A stretch of DNA of 64,000 bases from Antechinus flavipes (Eukaryota), in NCBI RefSeq assembly GCF_016432865.1, contig NC_067401.1, positions 109,864,001-109,928,000 of the forward strand. The letters run 5' to 3'. Below, piece after piece: positions 61,701-64,000 of this stretch. The notes below the pieces were generated by a model. The model worked only from the letters and a program-made list of their open reading frames with translations. It was not told where the DNA came from and did no database searches. Positions within the stretch are counted from its first letter, which is position 1, and each line of letters starts with the position of its first letter. The position numbers and the translations under genes are program-made.

Positions 61701-64000
61701 TCCTTTGAGGGGGCTTATGGGAATCTCAAGCGGCTGTATGACAAGGCAGCCAAAATGTACCACCAGCTGAAGAAATGTGAGACACGGAAACTCTCTCCCA
61801 GCAAGAAGCGGTGAGCAGAGTGACAGAGGAATTCTGTAGAAGTAAAACTATAGTCACCACTCTAGAGCTCTCAGCAACTGCTTTTTGTTCCTTCTCAATT
61901 CAGGTGTAAGGATATCAAGAGGCTGCTGGTGAGCTTCATGTACCTGCAGAGTCTTCTGCAGCCCAAGAGCAGGTATGTGCAAGAGTCTGTGAGCTCTAAA
62001 TTGGACAGGAAGGTGCATTTCCCCTTCTCAATTTAGGAATGTTCCCTGACTGAGGAAAGCTGAAAGGGATGAAATGTTCTTGCCATATTCTACCTAAGTG
62101 TGGGAAATCCCCTTCCCTAAGCCAGAAAGGTGAGAGGGTTTTCTCTCACTTTAACATCCTTTGCCTATAGATAGGAAATTTCTTCTTGGTGTTTAGCTTT
62201 CATTCTTGGGAAGGGCACAGTATCCTATTCCTTTCCTACTTGGGTAGAGTTCCCCTCTGGAAAGTAGTCACTTATATGTGGATGGAACCATGAAACATGA
62301 TTCTGTCTCACACAATCTTTTAGAGTGTAGGGTCCCATTACTTTTCTGTCTCCTTTTTGGATATCATTCACAAAGCTTTCCTGCTTTCTTGGTCACCATT
62401 GACCTGTCACTTCTGTGTTCCCTGGCATCTAGCACCCTGGACTCGGAGCTGACATCACTCTGCCAGTCAGTCCTGGAGGACTTCAACCTTTGTCTCTTCT
62501 ACCTGCCCTCTTCACCCAACCTCAGTCTGGCTAGTGAGGATGAGGAGGAGTATGAGAATGGCTATTCTTTTCTCCCTGACCTTCTCATTTTCCGTATGGT
62601 TATCATTTGTCTCATGAGTGTTCACAGCTTAAAGAGAGCAGGTAACCATTTTATCAGATTTTCTTATCACCTTAAGCCCCTAATTGAATTCCAGGCTCCA
62701 TAGAACACCTCTTTGTAGTAATTTGTCCTTGCCTAGATACAGAGCCAGTAAGTCCTATGCTTTTGAAGCCCCTTTCATTCTCCTGAGAGAGCACTGTGAT
62801 GGAAGCCAAGGAAGGAGGAAAAAATCTTGCTCTTAGATAGAGTCCAGTTAGGAGACAATATGCCCCCAGCCTCAAGAATAAGAGCTTTGGTTCCAGCCAA
62901 CCAGAATTCTCTCCAATCCCGCTGAGGGAATAGGGCATAATAAGTCTGGAGAACTTTTTCTTGTAGTCCAGGGTAAGGTTTGAGAAATGAAACAGGATTG
63001 GCCACAATGAAAAGATGGAGGGGCTTTGGTTGCTGGAAATAACCTGTGTGAAGACAGCGTAGGAAAGAATTTCTGCTAAAGCTAAAGAAACTTATAGGGT
63101 TTCTAAAGAATTTAGAAAATTAATAGAGGCTATAACTGTAGCAAAAAGTATAACGTTGTTTGGAGGTCACAGGCTGGGGGGACCTCAGCATCCAGAGTAG
63201 GTAAAATTAGATAGAGACTTGAGAGTATTGAATAAAAATTCCTATGAACTGCTACTTGCTACATGTAGGGTGTTTCTACTCTACAACCCTAATAGCCTTT
63301 CCCTGTCTCTAATTTTAGGATCAAAGCAGTACAGTGCTGCCATCGCCTTCACCCTGGCTTTCTTCTCCCATCTTATCAACCATGTTAATATCCGGCTACA
63401 GGCAGAGCTGGAAGAGGGAGAGAACCCTGTGCCAGCCTTCCAGAGTGATGGGACAGGTGTGGAAACTGTGGGAGGGACTGAGCAAAGTCAGCAGAGGAAG
63501 GGACGTTCGGTAAGGGGGGAGGAGTTATGGAGAAGGATAGATATCTAGATCTGTCTATGGAATTTAGGTATGCATTGTAGGTGGCCTCTGGCATCCCTTC
63601 CAACTGAGGAGCTCTACTTCTCTGGATGGTCAGAGATAGGGACCTGAGGAGAAGGTGCTACTGGGTGGAAGAAGAAGACCCCAGTCCTGCTCCTGAGCTC
63701 TCCTCATACTTCTAGTTATCTCCCTTCTTCCCACAGATGAGCCTGAGCCCAAAGAACCACTGGAGAAGGAAGTGGAACCAGAGCCAGAGCCTCCTCCCCC
63801 AGCACCACGAGTGGGTGAGACCAAGAAGAGTCGTAAGTTCTCCCGCCTCTCTTGCCTTCGTCGGCGACGCCACCACCCACCCAAGGCTGGTGATGACAGT
63901 GACCTGAGTGAAGGCTTTGACTCAGACTCCAGCCATGACTCAGTCCGTGCCAGTGAAGGTTCAGATAGTGGCTCAGATAAGAGTGATGAGGGTGGGGGTA
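52350..64000 (+). CDS. SMG5: Nonsense-mediated decay factor SMG5 (EST1B), exons 1-12, 3'-truncated by window end
   Basis: Exons 52350-52423, 55903-56001, 56553-56676, 57061-57217, 58939-59028, 60090-60179, 60923-61001, 61685-61810, 61904-61972, 62433-62641, 63319-63456, 63737->64000. Starts MSQGPPAAESSEPEAKVLHTKRLYR; contains EELLWRKVYYEVIQ and the 14-3-3-like domain motifs CHRCLVYLGDLSRY and GMPFNQLGTL. Confidence 0.99.
53950..55100 (-). mobile_element. L2 LINE fragment in SMG5 intron 1
   Basis: Purine-rich L2 reverse-complement motifs (TTTGAGCTGAGTCTT, ATAGATCTGAGAGTCATC). Confidence 0.7.

Noticed and set aside
1-64000. Most of the ORF-track entries
   Set aside because: They are short, often start at TTG/GTG, and are antisense or off-frame shadows of real exons or fall in L1/L2/SINE remnants; only those overlapping the exon chains above are supported.

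Overview
Mammalian, CpG-depleted genomic DNA. The repeat families (WSINE/MAR1-type SINEs, marsupial-type L1 3' ends, L2, CR1/L3) point to a marsupial, probably a dasyurid (inference). The block is syntenic with human 1q22. I reconstructed five protein-coding genes exon by exon, all with GT-AG introns and consistent phases: TSACC (-, 125 aa), CCT3 (+, 14 exons, 545 aa), GLMP (+, 6 exons, 407 aa), TMEM79 (-, 3 coding exons, 379 aa) and the first 12 exons of SMG5 (+, cut by the window end). There are four CpG islands. Three are the TSACC/CCT3, GLMP and TMEM79/SMG5 promoters. The fourth (~3.4-5.1 kb) matches no gene I recognise; it has a ZNF143 motif, a TOP-like start and a plausible 4-exon spliced transcript. 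Other items of note: an Arg-rich strong-context uORF in SMG5, a ~1.2 kb G-rich 37/38-bp minisatellite in GLMP intron 2, a SINE-derived E-box near a CLEAR-like site in the GLMP promoter, recursive-splice or microexon-like sites in the 5' regions of TSACC and TMEM79, and a CTCF-like motif in CCT3 intron 7. No tRNA, rRNA, CRISPR or convincing snoRNA was found. Nothing here is a demonstrably new biological system; the findings are testable candidates.
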